This document shows positions 63,849-64,000 of a stretch of DNA of 64,000 bases, one piece after another. The position numbers were made by a program, and so were the translations under genes. Each line of letters opens with the position of its first letter. The first letter of the stretch is position 1. The stretch spans positions 31,372,001 to 31,436,000 of the forward strand of contig NC_043007.1 of NCBI RefSeq assembly GCF_006345805.1. Direction: 5' to 3'. The notes below the pieces were generated by a model. The model saw only the letters and a list, made by a program, of their open reading frames with translations. It was not told where the DNA came from and searched no databases. This stretch comes from Octopus sinensis (lineage: Eukaryota).

Positions 63849-64000
63849 CACTATACAAACACACACACATACACACACATACAGGGTTATTCAAAAAGAA
63901 TGAACCGATTTCATTACGCAATATTTTAATAAGGCAAAAGAATAGAAAATTCCAGCTAATTCCCAAGTATTTACTCCCAATCAACTTTTATTTCCTGTCT

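Overview
AT-rich animal genomic DNA saturated with microsatellites and interspersed repeats. The SINE families resemble those of Octopus/coleoid cephalopods (recognised from memory, not searched). There is one 100-N scaffold gap (6956-7055). Only one host protein-coding gene is well supported: a secreted, bacterial-type thermolysin-family (M4) zinc metalloprotease on the + strand, similar to Pseudomonas elastase/vibriolysin. I reconstruct it as a 28-nt first coding exon (33586-33613; GCCACC-ATG, GTAAGT donor), a 9.2-kb phase-1 intron inside the signal peptide, and one large exon (42792-44700) encoding FTP/PepSY propeptide, HELAH+E catalytic domain and a PPC-like tail. The large exon has a -1 frame break at about 43216 that lies on a C-CCA-AAT slippery-type heptamer. 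The intron holds a ~2.5-kb imperfect palindrome centred on a 76-nt hairpin. Each arm of the palindrome ends in a minimal type I hammerhead-ribozyme (HHR) motif of the Penelope-associated kind. Three more HHR or HHR-like motifs lie elsewhere in the window. The remainder is tRNA-derived SINEs (labelled here A-E), RTE and R4/Dong-like LINE remnants, Tc1/mariner, pogo, hAT and piggyBac remnants or MITEs, Helentron-like elements, and simple repeats. Nearly all ORFs in the supplied track are microsatellite artefacts.
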